A DNA stretch of 64,000 bases from Vicinamibacteria bacterium (GCA_965115855.1 OZ220470.1:975385-1039384); one strand, 5' to 3'. Positions 18,492 to 28,284 are shown, counted from the stretch's first letter. Numbers and translations: made by a program. Notes: a model not told the origin generated them from the sequence alone.

Positions 18492-19295
18492 ATGACAAAC
18501 ATCCACCAGATCTTCGCAACCGCGCTTGGCCTCATCGAACCATGGTTCGTCGAAAGCGTGAAGTTTGTCGAACCTGACCGCAAGCTGATCATCCGAGTCG
18601 ACTTCCAGCGTGGCGCCCGCTTTCCTCACAAGGACCATGAAGGTACACACCCCATCCATGACACCAGGACCAAGTGCTATCGCCACCTCAACTTCTTCCA
18701 GTATAAATGTGAAGTGGTCGCAAGGGTTCCGAGGGTCCGTCTGCCCGACGGACGGGTCGCGCTGGTCACCACGCCCTGGACGGGTCAGGTCTCCGGATTC
18801 ACTGCACTCTTCGAAGCGTTGGTGATCGTCATGAGTCGGGAAATGCCCTTCGCCGCAGTCGCACGGTTGAACAAGGTTTCCCCACACCGGGTCCAAGCCA
18901 TCTGCAACCACTACGTGGAACTCGCCTCCGCTGAGGACGACCAGGGCGCCGTTCGCGCCGTCACCATCGACGAGACCTCCCGGGCCCGGGGGCACGACTA
19001 TGTCACCGTTGCCGCCGACGCCCGCAAACGCCGGGTGCTGTTTGTCGGAGAGGGCCGGGGGGCCGACACGGTCGGGCAATTCGCCCGGAATCTGGTGATG
19101 CGGGGTGGCGCCCCCGAAGCGATCCAGTTCGTCTCGATCGACATGTCCCCCGCTTTCATAAAGGGGGTTGCGAAGCATTTGCCCCATGCCCGGATCACCT
19201 TCGACAAGTTCCATGTCGTCGCCCATGCCTCGAGGGCCCTCGACGAGACCAGACGCCTCGAGCAGCGAGTGGAGCCGGGGATCAAGGGCATGCGC
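18492..19295 (+). pseudogene. ISL3-family transposase, N-terminal two thirds. It is interrupted by the IS256-family insertion.
   Basis: Zn-finger/HTH N-terminus and DDE core of ISL3 transposases. The reading frame changes to IS256 terminal sequence after ..EPGIKGMRG. Confidence 0.8.
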
Positions 19296-20781
19296 GGCCC
19301 TGTAAGAAATTTTGTGTGTTGAGTGATTTTGACTGGGTTCATGGGATCGGCGCCACTTGGCGTTCTGGGCCGGATGGAGGGAGCGGAGCGACCGGAGGCC
19401 GGACCAGAACGCGCGCCCCGGCGAGCACCCACCTTCCCCTCGCGGGAGCTTCGCAGCGCCTTCGGGGATGGCGTGTCCGTTCATCTTCCTTCCTCAGGCG
19501 GTGGGCGCAAACCGCTCGCCGAACTGGATGGCGAACTGCGCCTTGGCAGCTTGCCACACTTGGGGCGGTCTCTTCCACTTCGCCGTGATGTTGCGCAGTG
19601 CCAAGTACATCAGCTTCGTCGCCGCCTCGTCACTTGGGAAGTGCCCCTTGTTCCGGATCGCCTTCCGAAGCTGGCTGTGCAGGCTCTCGATCGCGTTCGT
19701 CGTGTAGAGAATCCGCCGCACCTCCGGTGAAAACGCCAGAAACGGGATCACCTCATCCCATCGGCGCCGCCAACTCCGCGCCACCGCACCAAAGCGCTTC
19801 CCGTACGGACCCGACTCGAAACGATCCAGTTCCACCCCGGCGGCCTCCGCCGACGGCGCCGTGTAGATCCCTTGCAGCGCCTTCGCCAGCGAACCCCGTT
19901 CCTTCCACGATGCGAACTGCAGGGAATACCGAATGAGATGAACCACGCAGGTTTGCACCACGCACGCCGGATACTCCGCCCGGATCGCCTCCGGGAACCC
20001 CCTCAAACCATCCACCACCGCGATCAGCAAGTCCTTGACACCCCGTGCCTTGAGCTCGTTCATCACCCGTAGCCAGAACTTCGCGCCCTCTGTCTGCTGG
20101 ATCCACAGCCCCAGAACCTCCTTCTGACCGTCGCAGGTGTACCCGATCGCAAGGTATGCCGCCTTGTTCCGCACAAGCCCCTCGTCCCGGATCTTCACCC
20201 GCAGCGCATCAAAGTACACCACCGCGTACGTCGCTTCCAGTGGACGGCTCTGCCACTCCGTCACCTCCTCCAAAACCCCGTCGGTGACCGCCGAGATCAG
20301 CGCCGGGGAAACCCCCATCCCGTACAACTCCTCGATGTGCGCCTGGATGTCCCGCGTGCTCATCCCCCGCGCGTACATCGCAATGATCTTCTCATCAAAC
20401 CCCGGAAGACGACGCTGGTACTTGGCCACCAGAACCGGGTCGAAGCGCCCCTGCCGATCCCGCGGGATGTCCAAAACGATCCGCTCGTCGCCCGTGTCCA
20501 CCGTCTTCCGCGACGTCCCGTTGCGGTGGTTCCCCGTCCGTCGTTCCCCCGAATCCGCCAAGTGGGCCTCCATCTCAGCCAGCAGCATCCGCTCGGCCAA
20601 GGCCTTCTTCAAGTCCCCCGCCAAGGACTCGAAACCCGCAGCCCCGGAGGCGCCCCGCATGGCGATCAGTTCATCCAGCAGCTCGCGTGAGATGCCGTCG
20701 TTGTGCTTCTTGGCCATTTCTTCGACTCCTTCCGAAAAAAGTCATGGTAGGCCTCGAACACACAAAATTCTGAACAGCCTC
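19296..20781. mobile_element. IS256-family insertion sequence (about 1.49 kb). It is flanked by an 8-bp target-site duplication GCATGCGC, at 19288-19295 and 20782-20789.
   Basis: Terminal inverted repeats are GGCCCTGTAAGAAATTTTGTGTGTT and (reverse complement) GAGGCTGTTCAGAATTTTGTGTGTT. Deleting the element and one TSD copy restores the ISL3 transposase motif IKGMRWTLLKNP. Confidence 0.85.
19494..20717 (-). CDS. IS256-family (mutator-type) transposase.
   Basis: 407 aa with IS256/Mutator hallmarks ([46 protein letters not shown]). Confidence 0.9.
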   Translation of the reverse strand: MAKKHNDGISRELLDELIAMRGASGAAGFESLAGDLKKALAERMLLAEMEAHLADSGERRTGNHRNGTSRKTVDTGDERIVLDIPRDRQGRFDPVLVAKYQRRLPGFDEKIIAMYARGMSTRDIQAHIEELYGMGVSPALISAVTDGVLEEVTEWQSRPLEATYAVVYFDALRVKIRDEGLVRNKAAYLAIGYTCDGQKEVLGLWIQQTEGAKFWLRVMNELKARGVKDLLIAVVDGLRGFPEAIRAEYPACVVQTCVVHLIRYSLQFASWKERGSLAKALQGIYTAPSAEAAGVELDRFESGPYGKRFGAVARSWRRRWDEVIPFLAFSPEVRRILYTTNAIESLHSQLRKAIRNKGHFPSDEAATKLMYLALRNITAKWKRPPQVWQAAKAQFAIQFGERFAPTA

Positions 20782-20783
20782 GC

Positions 20784-21218
20784 ATGCGCTGGACCTTGCT
20801 CAAGAATCCGGCACACCTCAGCCGCAACCAACGCTCCGCTCTCAACGCACTGATCGCACAGGCCGCGGGCAAGCGCACCACTCGATCCTGGCAGTACCGG
20901 GAGCAACTCCGGGCCATCCTCAACCGCAAACAGGTCCATGTCATGCGGGCCATGCTCCAACAGTGGTGCACCAGTGTGAATCGATCCCGGATCGAACCCA
21001 TGAAAGCCGTAGCCCGGATGATCCGAAGACACTTCGACGGCATCACCGCGTGGGCCCAAACCCGCCAGACCAACGGGTTCATCGAAGCACTCAATGGCCT
21101 CTTCCAATCCGCCAAACGGAAAGCCAGGGGCTATCGTTCCTTCCGTACCATCCGCACCGTTTTCTTTCTCATTGCCGGAAAACTCGACTTCTCCAAGCTC
21201 AACCCTTACCTCGCATAA
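20784..21218 (+). pseudogene. ISL3-family transposase, C-terminal fragment.
   Basis: MRWTLLKNPAHLSRNQ...FIEALNGLFQSAKRKARGYRSFRTIRTVFFLIAGKLDF is the conserved ISL3 C-terminus. Confidence 0.8.
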
Positions 21219-21619
21219 CCCACTCGAAATTCAAAAGAGCCCAAAAAACCGCATCGGAAACTGGTCCGGTGCGCGTTCGTTATGACCCGGTTCTCATGGA
21301 TGGTGCGGTGGCCCACCGACCGGGTCACCACCGGAACGGCGCGTTTCCGCCTGGGGTCTTCCCATCAAAAACCCTCGACTCCCTTGGGCGCAATTCCCGG
21401 CGCGTCGCAAGAATCGGATCATCTCCTTTCCCCTTCCGGGGAGGGTGACCATGCCGGACGCGGCGCCTTGATCGGTCGCGTTGCCGATCAGGGACCGTAT
21501 GTTTCGGGTGGCGCCCATCGAACCATGTGATTCTGCGTGACATTTCCGCTATGAAAGCAGCGGCGACTGTTCCTGATCGCAACAATGAGCGAGCCGGGGC
21601 GTCGGTCTTCGGGGTCGGT

Positions 21620-21913
21620 TCAGGGCCAGCGTCCGCGGGTGGACGGCTTGAGGATCTGCCCCGAGCTGTCCATCACTCCCACGGTCTTGCCCTCGGTGTA
21701 CTCCCGGGCAAGCGGGATGTCCCGGTCGTTGGCGCAGGCGATGTATACCGGCCCGCGATAGCCCCGGAGCCTTCCGGCGGCGGTGTCCATGGTGCGTGCA
21801 GTCTCAACGTTGATCGTCAGCTCACCGGTCCGGATATCGGGACCCCGGAACCGGTTGTACTTGACACCGAGGCGGGCGGCCAGCGCCCGAGCCACCTGAA
21901 CCCTGGTCGCCAC
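21620..21913 (-). CDS. Hypothetical 97-aa protein. It lies 17 nt downstream of the glycosidase-like gene and is probably co-transcribed with it.
   Basis: High GC3 codon bias consistent with genuine coding. No recognised family. Confidence 0.35.
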   Translation of the reverse strand: MATRVQVARALAARLGVKYNRFRGPDIRTGELTINVETARTMDTAAGRLRGYRGPVYIACANDRDIPLAREYTEGKTVGVMDSSGQILKPSTRGRWP

Positions 21914-21930
21914 CTTGGCCGTCCTTCCGG

Positions 21931-24921
21931 TCAGCGGGAGGCCACTCCGGCGGCCGCCATGCGTTCGAGCAGGTCGTCGAGCTGGGCGCGAAGCTCCCCG
22001 TAGCGCTCCCGGGCGTCCGCTCCGGGCGGCTGGTCGGCGGTGTCGAGGTTCCCGGCGAGATAGCGGATCTGGTCGCGGAGCATCGGCCGCGAATACCGGA
22101 TCGGGCGGGTAATGAGCTCCTCGTGCATGGCGCGGACCTCGGCATCACCGCTCCCCAGCGCCGCCTTCAGATGGGCGGCCGCCTCGTTGGCCTCGCTCAG
22201 GGCGTCCCGGGCGAGGAGGGCGAGCGCGACCTGTTCCCGGACCTGCTCGGCGGTAACCCAGCCTTCCCGAGTCACCCTCGGGTCCATCCGCAGACGGAAA
22301 TCACGGGTTGCGCGGAAGTCGCCGGCAGCAACCTCGACCGTATAGCGGCCGGGAGCCGCCAGGACACCACGGCCCGACGGGACGCCACTCTCATCCCGGG
22401 CGCCCTCGTGGCGCATGTCCCAGATAAAGCGGTGGATTCCCGCGCTGGTGGGCACGGTGGGTGTTCCCCGGGTGAAGGGTCCGGGCGCGCGCATCCCCTG
22501 CCCGGTCCCGGAGCGGGTTCCGGCCCCGTCGCTGCGGAAGCTCCGCACCACCTCGCCGGCCTCATCCCGAACCGTGATGGAGGCGTCCTCCACGTCCGCC
22601 GGCACGCGCCAGGTGAAACGGGGTCCGGGCGTCGGGTATTCGGGATCGGCCGGCGAGGCCATGCCACCGAAGCCGCCCGAAGTGCGCAAGCGGATCGCGT
22701 CGCGCACCGGAAACAGATGGGCGCCAGGCCCCGGGCTCTCGTGGAGCGGGGTCAGGTCGTCGAGGATCCAGAACCCCCGTCCCATCGTCGAGAGCACGAG
22801 GTCCTGCCGGATCACCTTGACGTCGGTGATCGGCGTCACCGGCAGGTTCTGCTGGAACGGGGCCCAGCTGGCGCCGTCGTCGAAGGAGACGAACATCCCC
22901 CACTCGCTGCCGAGATAAAGCAGCCCCTCCCGGTCCGGGTCCTCGCGCACCACCCGCACCGGATGGTCGTTCGGCACCCCGTTGGTCCCGTCGGTGATCC
23001 GGGTCCAGGTGGCGCCGTAGTCGGTGGTCTTGTACGCATGGGGGGTGAAGTCGCCGAGCTGGTAACGCAGGATCGCCGCGTAGGCCTTCGCCGGATCGTG
23101 CGGCGAGACCTCGATGTTCTGCACCCGTCCGTAGGGGCCGATCCCCGGCGGGGTCACCTCGGTCCAGCTCTGCCCACCGTCCCGGGTTACATGGATCGGC
23201 CCGTCGTTGGCGCCGGCCCACAGGACACCCTCCTCGTGGGGGGATTCCTGAACGTCGTAGAGCACCGCGAAGTGCTCCTCGCCGGTGACATCGAGCGTGA
23301 TCGGATCTCCGGAAACCACCTGGGTCTCCTCGGTGAAGGCGGTGAGATCGGGAGAGATGGTGCGCCAGGTCCTTCCGCCGTTCTCGGTCACATGCACGTA
23401 TTGTGAGGCGTGGTAGACCCGGTTCGGGTCGTGCGGCGAGACATGGATCGGAACCGTGCGCTGGAAGCGGTACCCAAGGTCCTTCGGGTTGTGCCCGTAG
23501 ATGTTCCAGAATCCGACGTAGTACTGCTCCTCCTGCCCGGTCCGGGTGTTGTAAAGGCCGAAGCGCCCCTTGCAGTTGGCGTAGACCACATCCGGGTCGC
23601 CGGGCTTCGGGACCACCGGGCCGGTCTCGCACCCACCGATCGCCTCCCAGTGCGCGGTGGGCCCGCCGGGACGGTAGTGCGACGGATAGCTCGGCACCGA
23701 GATCGTGGAGTTGTCCTGTTGTCCGGCGTAGAGCCGGTACGGGAAGTCGTCGCTCACGTCCACCTGGTACAGCTCGGCGGTGGGCTGGTTCTCCTGGGTG
23801 GACCAGGTCTCGCCGCCGTCGAGGGTGACGTTCGCGCCACCATCGTTGGCCTGGATCTGGATGTCGGGATTGTCCGGATTGATCCACAGGTCATGGTTGT
23901 CGCCATGGGGAGTGAATTTCCGCTCCCAGTTCACGCCGCCATCGGTGGACTTCCAGTAGCCCTCGGCCATCCCCCAGAGCGTGTCCGGGTCGGTCGGGTG
24001 GGCATGCAGGTTGGTGTAGTAGAAGGGCCGATTCCGGATCGGCTGGAAGTCGGTCACCTGCCGCCAGCTGTCGCCTTCGTCGTCCGAGCGATACACCCCG
24101 CCGTCGTTCCCGGGGGCCTCGATGAGCACATAGACCCGGGAGGGGTCCGCCGCCGAGACGGCGAGGTCGGACTTGCCGCGCAGGCCGGTGGGGAGCCCGT
24201 TCTCCAGCTTCTCCCAGGTCTCCCCGCCGTCCCGGGAACGGTGGACGCCGCCTTCCCTGCCCCCCGACCGAATGGTCCACGGCTTCCGTTCGGCCTCCCA
24301 GCTGGACGCATAGATGGTCTCGGGGTCGCCCGGCTTGAATTCGAGGTCCACGGCTCCGGTCTGCTCGGAAATGAAGAGCACCCGATCCCAGGAACCGCCG
24401 CCGTCGGTGGTCTTGTAGACACCGCGCTCCGGGTTGGCGATGAAGGGGTTGCCGATCGCCGCCACCCAAGCGGTGTCCGGATCCTCCGGATGGATCAGCA
24501 CCGCCCCGCTGTTTCCGGTGTTCCCGAGGCCGAGGTGCCGCCACGACTTCCCGGCATCATCGGAGCGGTACACCCCCTTGCCGATGATGACATTGCTGCG
24601 CAGGCCGTCGGATCCGGTGGAGACGTACACGATGTCGGGGTTGCTCCCGGCAACCGCGATGGCCCCGATCGACGGGCTGGCGAACGTCCCGTCGGAAACC
24701 GGATGCCAATTGTGCCCGTAGTCGGTCGTCTTGAAGACTCCACCCCCGGTCGCCCCCATATAGAAGGTTCCGGGGTGCGCGCGGTGGCCGGCGACCGCGG
24801 TCACCCGGCCGCCGCGCGAGGGACCGACATAGCGGTACCGCATGGCGTCCCGAAGGTCCGATTCCGGCTGGGCGCCCGCCGGAAGGGCGAGCAGGACAAG
24901 AAACGGCAGCAGCTTGCGCAT
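21931..24921 (-). CDS. Secreted BNR/Asp-box repeat protein of the sortilin/VPS10 (GH74-like) beta-propeller type. It is a putative glycoside hydrolase.
   Basis: Signal peptide MRKLLPFLVLLALPAGAQP. Numerous S/T-x-D-x-G-x-T/S-W Asp-box repeats (YRSDDAGKSW, YKTTDGGGSW, HRSRDGGETW, YRSDDEGDSW, WKSTDGGVNW, TLDGGETW, VTENGGRTW, VTRDGGQSW, YKTTDYGATW, VSFDDGASW). Confidence 0.7.
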   Translation of the reverse strand: MRKLLPFLVLLALPAGAQPESDLRDAMRYRYVGPSRGGRVTAVAGHRAHPGTFYMGATGGGVFKTTDYGHNWHPVSDGTFASPSIGAIAVAGSNPDIVYVSTGSDGLRSNVIIGKGVYRSDDAGKSWRHLGLGNTGNSGAVLIHPEDPDTAWVAAIGNPFIANPERGVYKTTDGGGSWDRVLFISEQTGAVDLEFKPGDPETIYASSWEAERKPWTIRSGGREGGVHRSRDGGETWEKLENGLPTGLRGKSDLAVSAADPSRVYVLIEAPGNDGGVYRSDDEGDSWRQVTDFQPIRNRPFYYTNLHAHPTDPDTLWGMAEGYWKSTDGGVNWERKFTPHGDNHDLWINPDNPDIQIQANDGGANVTLDGGETWSTQENQPTAELYQVDVSDDFPYRLYAGQQDNSTISVPSYPSHYRPGGPTAHWEAIGGCETGPVVPKPGDPDVVYANCKGRFGLYNTRTGQEEQYYVGFWNIYGHNPKDLGYRFQRTVPIHVSPHDPNRVYHASQYVHVTENGGRTWRTISPDLTAFTEETQVVSGDPITLDVTGEEHFAVLYDVQESPHEEGVLWAGANDGPIHVTRDGGQSWTEVTPPGIGPYGRVQNIEVSPHDPAKAYAAILRYQLGDFTPHAYKTTDYGATWTRITDGTNGVPNDHPVRVVREDPDREGLLYLGSEWGMFVSFDDGASWAPFQQNLPVTPITDVKVIRQDLVLSTMGRGFWILDDLTPLHESPGPGAHLFPVRDAIRLRTSGGFGGMASPADPEYPTPGPRFTWRVPADVEDASITVRDEAGEVVRSFRSDGAGTRSGTGQGMRAPGPFTRGTPTVPTSAGIHRFIWDMRHEGARDESGVPSGRGVLAAPGRYTVEVAAGDFRATRDFRLRMDPRVTREGWVTAEQVREQVALALLARDALSEANEAAAHLKAALGSGDAEVRAMHEELITRPIRYSRPMLRDQIRYLAGNLDTADQPPGADARERYGELRAQLDDLLERMAAAGVASR

Positions 24922-24982
24922 CAAGGATTCTCCGGACAGGAAGTTGCTTGGGCGGCCACCGGCGGTGGCCGGGCGGGGAATC

Positions 24983-25405
24983 CTACCGGAGCGGCTTTCG
25001 CGGGATGCGAACACGAGCCGGCGGACGGCGCGAAAGGGCCGGGCGGCGCGACCCCGGCCCCCGGGGCCGGACCCCGGCTTCCCGGGGAACGCGCTCCCGG
25101 GCGATCCCCGGCTGCGCCCCCATCCGGGACCCGACCCGCCGGGCAACGCGGCGTTCGAACCGCCGCATGCGGGGCGCCGGAGCGACCAGCCCCGCAACCA
25201 GTGGCGCCAACCGGTATCGGGTGGCGCCGAGATCGCCAGGATCCAGGATCGCCTCGTTCCGGGCGTCCCATCCGGTCAGGAAGTCCAGATGGTCGTCGTC
25301 CAGGTCGGAAACGGTGACCACCAGCACGCGCGGCTGGGAGTTGCCGGAAACGGGGCCGACCGCAACCATCAGGAGAAGGGCGGCAACCGATCCTGATCGC
25401 AGCAT
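24983..25405 (-). CDS. Possible small secreted protein. A signal peptide is followed by about 60 aa and an Arg-rich tail. Existence is uncertain.
   Basis: ORF with MLRSGSVAALLLMVAVGPVSG signal-like N-terminus and good GC3 bias for the first about 75 codons. It sits in the 550-bp divergent intergenic region. The C-terminal half looks like high-GC noise. Confidence 0.25.
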   Translation of the reverse strand: MLRSGSVAALLLMVAVGPVSGNSQPRVLVVTVSDLDDDHLDFLTGWDARNEAILDPGDLGATRYRLAPLVAGLVAPAPRMRRFERRVARRVGSRMGAQPGIARERVPREAGVRPRGPGSRRPALSRRPPARVRIPRKPLR

Positions 25406-25474
25406 GGCTTCACACCCACCATAGCAAACCGCGTTCCGGTCCGACTACGCTTGTGCGCTCCCGGAGGCCGTCCC

Positions 25475-26476
25475 ATGATCCCGAATTTCCACCGATCGCG
25501 CCGAATGGCGGCGCTTTTTCTTGCCATGGCGCCGGTCGCTTCGGCGCAGATCGGTTCCGAGAGTCGTCTCGAAGCCGAATGGGCCCGGATCGAACCGCTG
25601 TCGGGTGGAAAAATGGGCCTCGCCGCCATCCACGTCGAGACCGGTCGGACCGCGTTCCTCAACGCTGACGAACCGTTCCCGATGGCCAGCACCTACAAGG
25701 TGCCGATCGCGGTGGAACTCCTGCGCCGGGTGGACGAAGGCGAGTTCGGGCTCGACCACATGATCGAGCTGGACCGATCGGACCTCTCGCCGGGCAGCGG
25801 CGTCCTGAGTCGGCTCTTCGACGATCCCGGCGTTTCCCTCTCCATCCACAACCTGATGGAACTGATGCTGCTCATCAGCGACAACTCGGCGACCGACCTG
25901 TGCCTGCGGGCTGCTGGCGGCGGGGAGCGGGTCACCGCCCGGATGGCCGAGCTGGGAGTGGAGGGCGTCCGGGTGGCTCGCTCGACCGCGGATCTGATCA
26001 CCGACTGGGTGGGAGCGGAAGGGTTGCCGCCGCGGGGCGAGCGGACCCGCGCCACCTACACCGAGTACTACGATCGCGTCTCCGACGAGGCGCGGGGGCA
26101 GGCGCGGGACGACTTCGAGACGGACGCCCGCGATACCGCCACCCCGCGCGGGATGGCCGACCTGCTGGCAAAGATATGGGCGGGAGAGGGCCTTTCCCGG
26201 AAGAGCCGGGATCTTCTGATCGATGTCATGGAGCGGTGCGAGACCGGGGCGGGAAGGATCAAGGGACGCCTTCCCGAGGGCACGACGGTCGCCCACAAGA
26301 CCGGAACCATCGGGCGCACCACCAACGATGTGGGGATCATCACCCTGCCCGGCGCGGCCGGCCATGTGGTGCTGGTCGCGTTCGTGAAGGAATCGGATGA
26401 CCCGGTTCCGGAGCGGGAACGGGCCATCGCCGAAGCCGCCCGCGCCGCCTACGACTACTTCCTGTTCGTGCCCTGA
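25475..26476 (+). CDS. Class A beta-lactamase-like serine hydrolase. The omega loop is non-canonical: no Glu166 or Asn170 equivalents.
   Basis: GGAGG sits 7 nt upstream of the ATG. The signal peptide is present. SxxK (ASTYK), SDN and KTG motifs are present. Where TEM-1 has RWEPELN, this protein reads ARSTADLIT. Confidence 0.8.
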   Translation: MIPNFHRSRRMAALFLAMAPVASAQIGSESRLEAEWARIEPLSGGKMGLAAIHVETGRTAFLNADEPFPMASTYKVPIAVELLRRVDEGEFGLDHMIELDRSDLSPGSGVLSRLFDDPGVSLSIHNLMELMLLISDNSATDLCLRAAGGGERVTARMAELGVEGVRVARSTADLITDWVGAEGLPPRGERTRATYTEYYDRVSDEARGQARDDFETDARDTATPRGMADLLAKIWAGEGLSRKSRDLLIDVMERCETGAGRIKGRLPEGTTVAHKTGTIGRTTNDVGIITLPGAAGHVVLVAFVKESDDPVPERERAIAEAARAAYDYFLFVP

Positions 26477-26488
26477 GTTCCTCCCGGT

Positions 26489-27142
26489 CTATTCGGGGCG
26501 CTCGGCCAGCCGCTCCTCCAGTTCCCGGAGACGGGTCTCGAGGTCGGCCAGCCGCTCGTCGAGCGCGTCCGTGCCGGCTTCGTCCATGCGCTCGCGCAGA
26601 TGCTCGAAATGGGTCCTCAGGCCGGAGAAATCCAGATCCTCCATGCTCTCGAGCACATTTTCCCGAAGCTCTTCGGGGTCGATCTCGACATGGAAGTCCC
26701 TCCCGGCGTCGTGGGAGAACCACTGGTGACCCTCGCGCTCGCCGATGGTCGCGGTGATCACCGCCGGCGCGCGTTCGCGCACGAAGCCGACCTCGGTCGC
26801 CTCGCCGGGATCGAGGGCCATCACCGCCCGGCGCAGATCGCGGGTGCTCCCGATTTCGTGGTCCCCGATCCGGGTGACCACGTCACCGACCCTCAGCCCG
26901 GCCGCCTCGGCCGGACCGTCTTCGGTCACTTCGCCGATCAGAACCCCCGAGTCCTTCCCGGCGCCATAGAACTCCTGGAGCTCGGCGGTGAGGTTCATCG
27001 CGCTCACCCCGAGGAAACTCCCCCCGGAAAACGCGACCATCACGCGTGGCCGAACCTTCACGGCGCGCTCCGGCGGCTGGGCGGCAACCACCGCCGGCAG
27101 GATCACGAGCGCCAGCGCGGGCGCCATCATCCGTCGGATCAT
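26489..27142 (-). CDS. Periplasmic PDZ domain protein.
   Basis: Signal peptide MMAPALALVILPAVVAAQP. PDZ core (GVLIGEVTEDGPAEAAGLRVGDVVTRIGDHEI). It is the last gene of the sigma/anti-sigma operon. Confidence 0.7.
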   Translation of the reverse strand: MIRRMMAPALALVILPAVVAAQPPERAVKVRPRVMVAFSGGSFLGVSAMNLTAELQEFYGAGKDSGVLIGEVTEDGPAEAAGLRVGDVVTRIGDHEIGSTRDLRRAVMALDPGEATEVGFVRERAPAVITATIGEREGHQWFSHDAGRDFHVEIDPEELRENVLESMEDLDFSGLRTHFEHLRERMDEAGTDALDERLADLETRLRELEERLAERPE

Positions 27143-27166
27143 CTTCTTTCTCCCTGCTTGTCGCAG

Positions 27167-27649
27167 TCAGCGTTCCCGCCGGGAAACCGGGATCACCCGT
27201 TCCCCGGAAAAGGACGGGGGTGGGTGTTCCCAGAGCGACTGGACGTCCAGGAACAGATCAAGATCGTCGTGGACCCCGAAGGGCACCATCGGCTCGTTCG
27301 AGAGCATCCGGGTGCGTTCGAGATCCCGTAGCAGCAGCCGGTATTCCTCCCGGAGCGCCTCCAGCTCCCGGAGATCATCCCGGGCCGGGATCCGGCCTGA
27401 ATCCCCGGCCGGCGCCGATTCACGCGCTACCCGCGGCGCCTCGACTTCCGGAGGAGGAGACCATGCGGCCCGGAGGACGACCGCAGTGACGACCACGGCC
27501 GCGGCCGCCGCCAGCAGCAGCCAGGGCGGACGGCGTCGCTCGCGCCGCACCCGGGCCATCACCTGGTCGGCGAAGCCGGCGGGCAGCTCCCACTCGGTTT
27601 TCTTCATCCCGGCAAGGGCCTTCTTCAGGTCGTCGTCGCCAATCTTCAT
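27167..27649 (-). CDS. Membrane-anchored anti-sigma factor.
   Basis: A short cytoplasmic N-terminus, a single TM helix (WLLLAAAAAVVVTAVVL) and a periplasmic tail. Its start overlaps the sigma factor stop. Confidence 0.6.
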   Translation of the reverse strand: MKIGDDDLKKALAGMKKTEWELPAGFADQVMARVRRERRRPPWLLLAAAAAVVVTAVVLRAAWSPPPEVEAPRVARESAPAGDSGRIPARDDLRELEALREEYRLLLRDLERTRMLSNEPMVPFGVHDDLDLFLDVQSLWEHPPPSFSGERVIPVSRRER

Positions 27650-28284
27650 GGCAGGGCCCCTTCGAAGCGCGGGCCAAGCAGGAGGCGCAACCGCTGGAGT
27701 CCTCGGTGGGCGCGCGACTTGGCGGTGCCCACCTCGATCCCGAGCCGACCGGCGATCTCCCGGTACGACCAGCCTTCGACGTACCGCAACATCACCGCTT
27801 CCCGAAACGCCTGCGGAAGCCGCGGCAGCGCCTCCCGGAGCGCGAGGCGCAGTTCCCCATGGAAAGCCTCCTCGTCAGGCGGCACGGCGTCGTCCCGGAC
27901 GATCTCCCGAACCGCTTCACTGTCCACCGAGGCGGGAATGCCGCGGCGCATCCGCCGACGCAGTTCGCTGCGGACCAGGTTCCCGGCAATCCGGAACAGC
28001 CACGACTCGAAACGCCCGGATTCCCGGTAGCGCGAGGCCGCCCGAAACGCTCGGACGAAGGTCTCCTGGGCCAGATCGGCGGCGGTGTCCGGCTCCCCGA
28101 GCTGGCTCAGGACGAACCCGAACAACCGGCGCTCATACCGCTTGACCAGCGGCGCGAAGGCCTCCACCTCGCCCCCGCGCACCCGTTCCATGAGTTCGGC
28201 GTCGGTGCGCTCGCCGGGAGCGCCCGGGCGTTCCAGCCGGAAGGGGGTCGCGGAGGCGACTTCGGAAACCATCATCGGGCGCAC
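27646..28284 (-). CDS. RNA polymerase sigma-70 factor, ECF subfamily.
   Basis: Sigma-2 region (FAPLVKRYERRLFGFVLSQLG..DLAQETFVRAF) and sigma-4 region (REAVMLRYVEGWSYREIAGRLGIEVGTAKSRAHRGLQRLR). Confidence 0.85.
   Translation of the reverse strand: MRPMMVSEVASATPFRLERPGAPGERTDAELMERVRGGEVEAFAPLVKRYERRLFGFVLSQLGEPDTAADLAQETFVRAFRAASRYRESGRFESWLFRIAGNLVRSELRRRMRRGIPASVDSEAVREIVRDDAVPPDEEAFHGELRLALREALPRLPQAFREAVMLRYVEGWSYREIAGRLGIEVGTAKSRAHRGLQRLRLLLGPRFEGALP

Larger units (their letters stand above)
18307..21242. mobile_element. ISL3-family insertion sequence. It is disrupted by a nested IS256-family element. It has imperfect terminal inverted repeats with a shared core AATTTCGAGTGGGT.
   Basis: The left end reads GCCTCAACTCAATTTCGAGTGGGT. 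The right end, as its reverse complement, reads GGGCTCTTTTGAATTTCGAGTGGGT. The interior encodes a split ISL3 transposase. Confidence 0.7.

Noticed and set aside
21931-25197. N-terminal extensions of tracked ORFs. 21931..25197 extends 92 codons upstream of the signal peptide. 29514..34160 extends 135 codons. 57590..59149 extends 71 codons. 8717..11203 extends 63 codons. 3249..5054 extends 55 codons.
   Set aside because: The extensions are Arg/Gly/Pro-rich and lack RBS. Downstream internal ATGs are followed by signal peptides or conserved N-termini and, where checked, a Shine-Dalgarno motif. Starts were moved accordingly.
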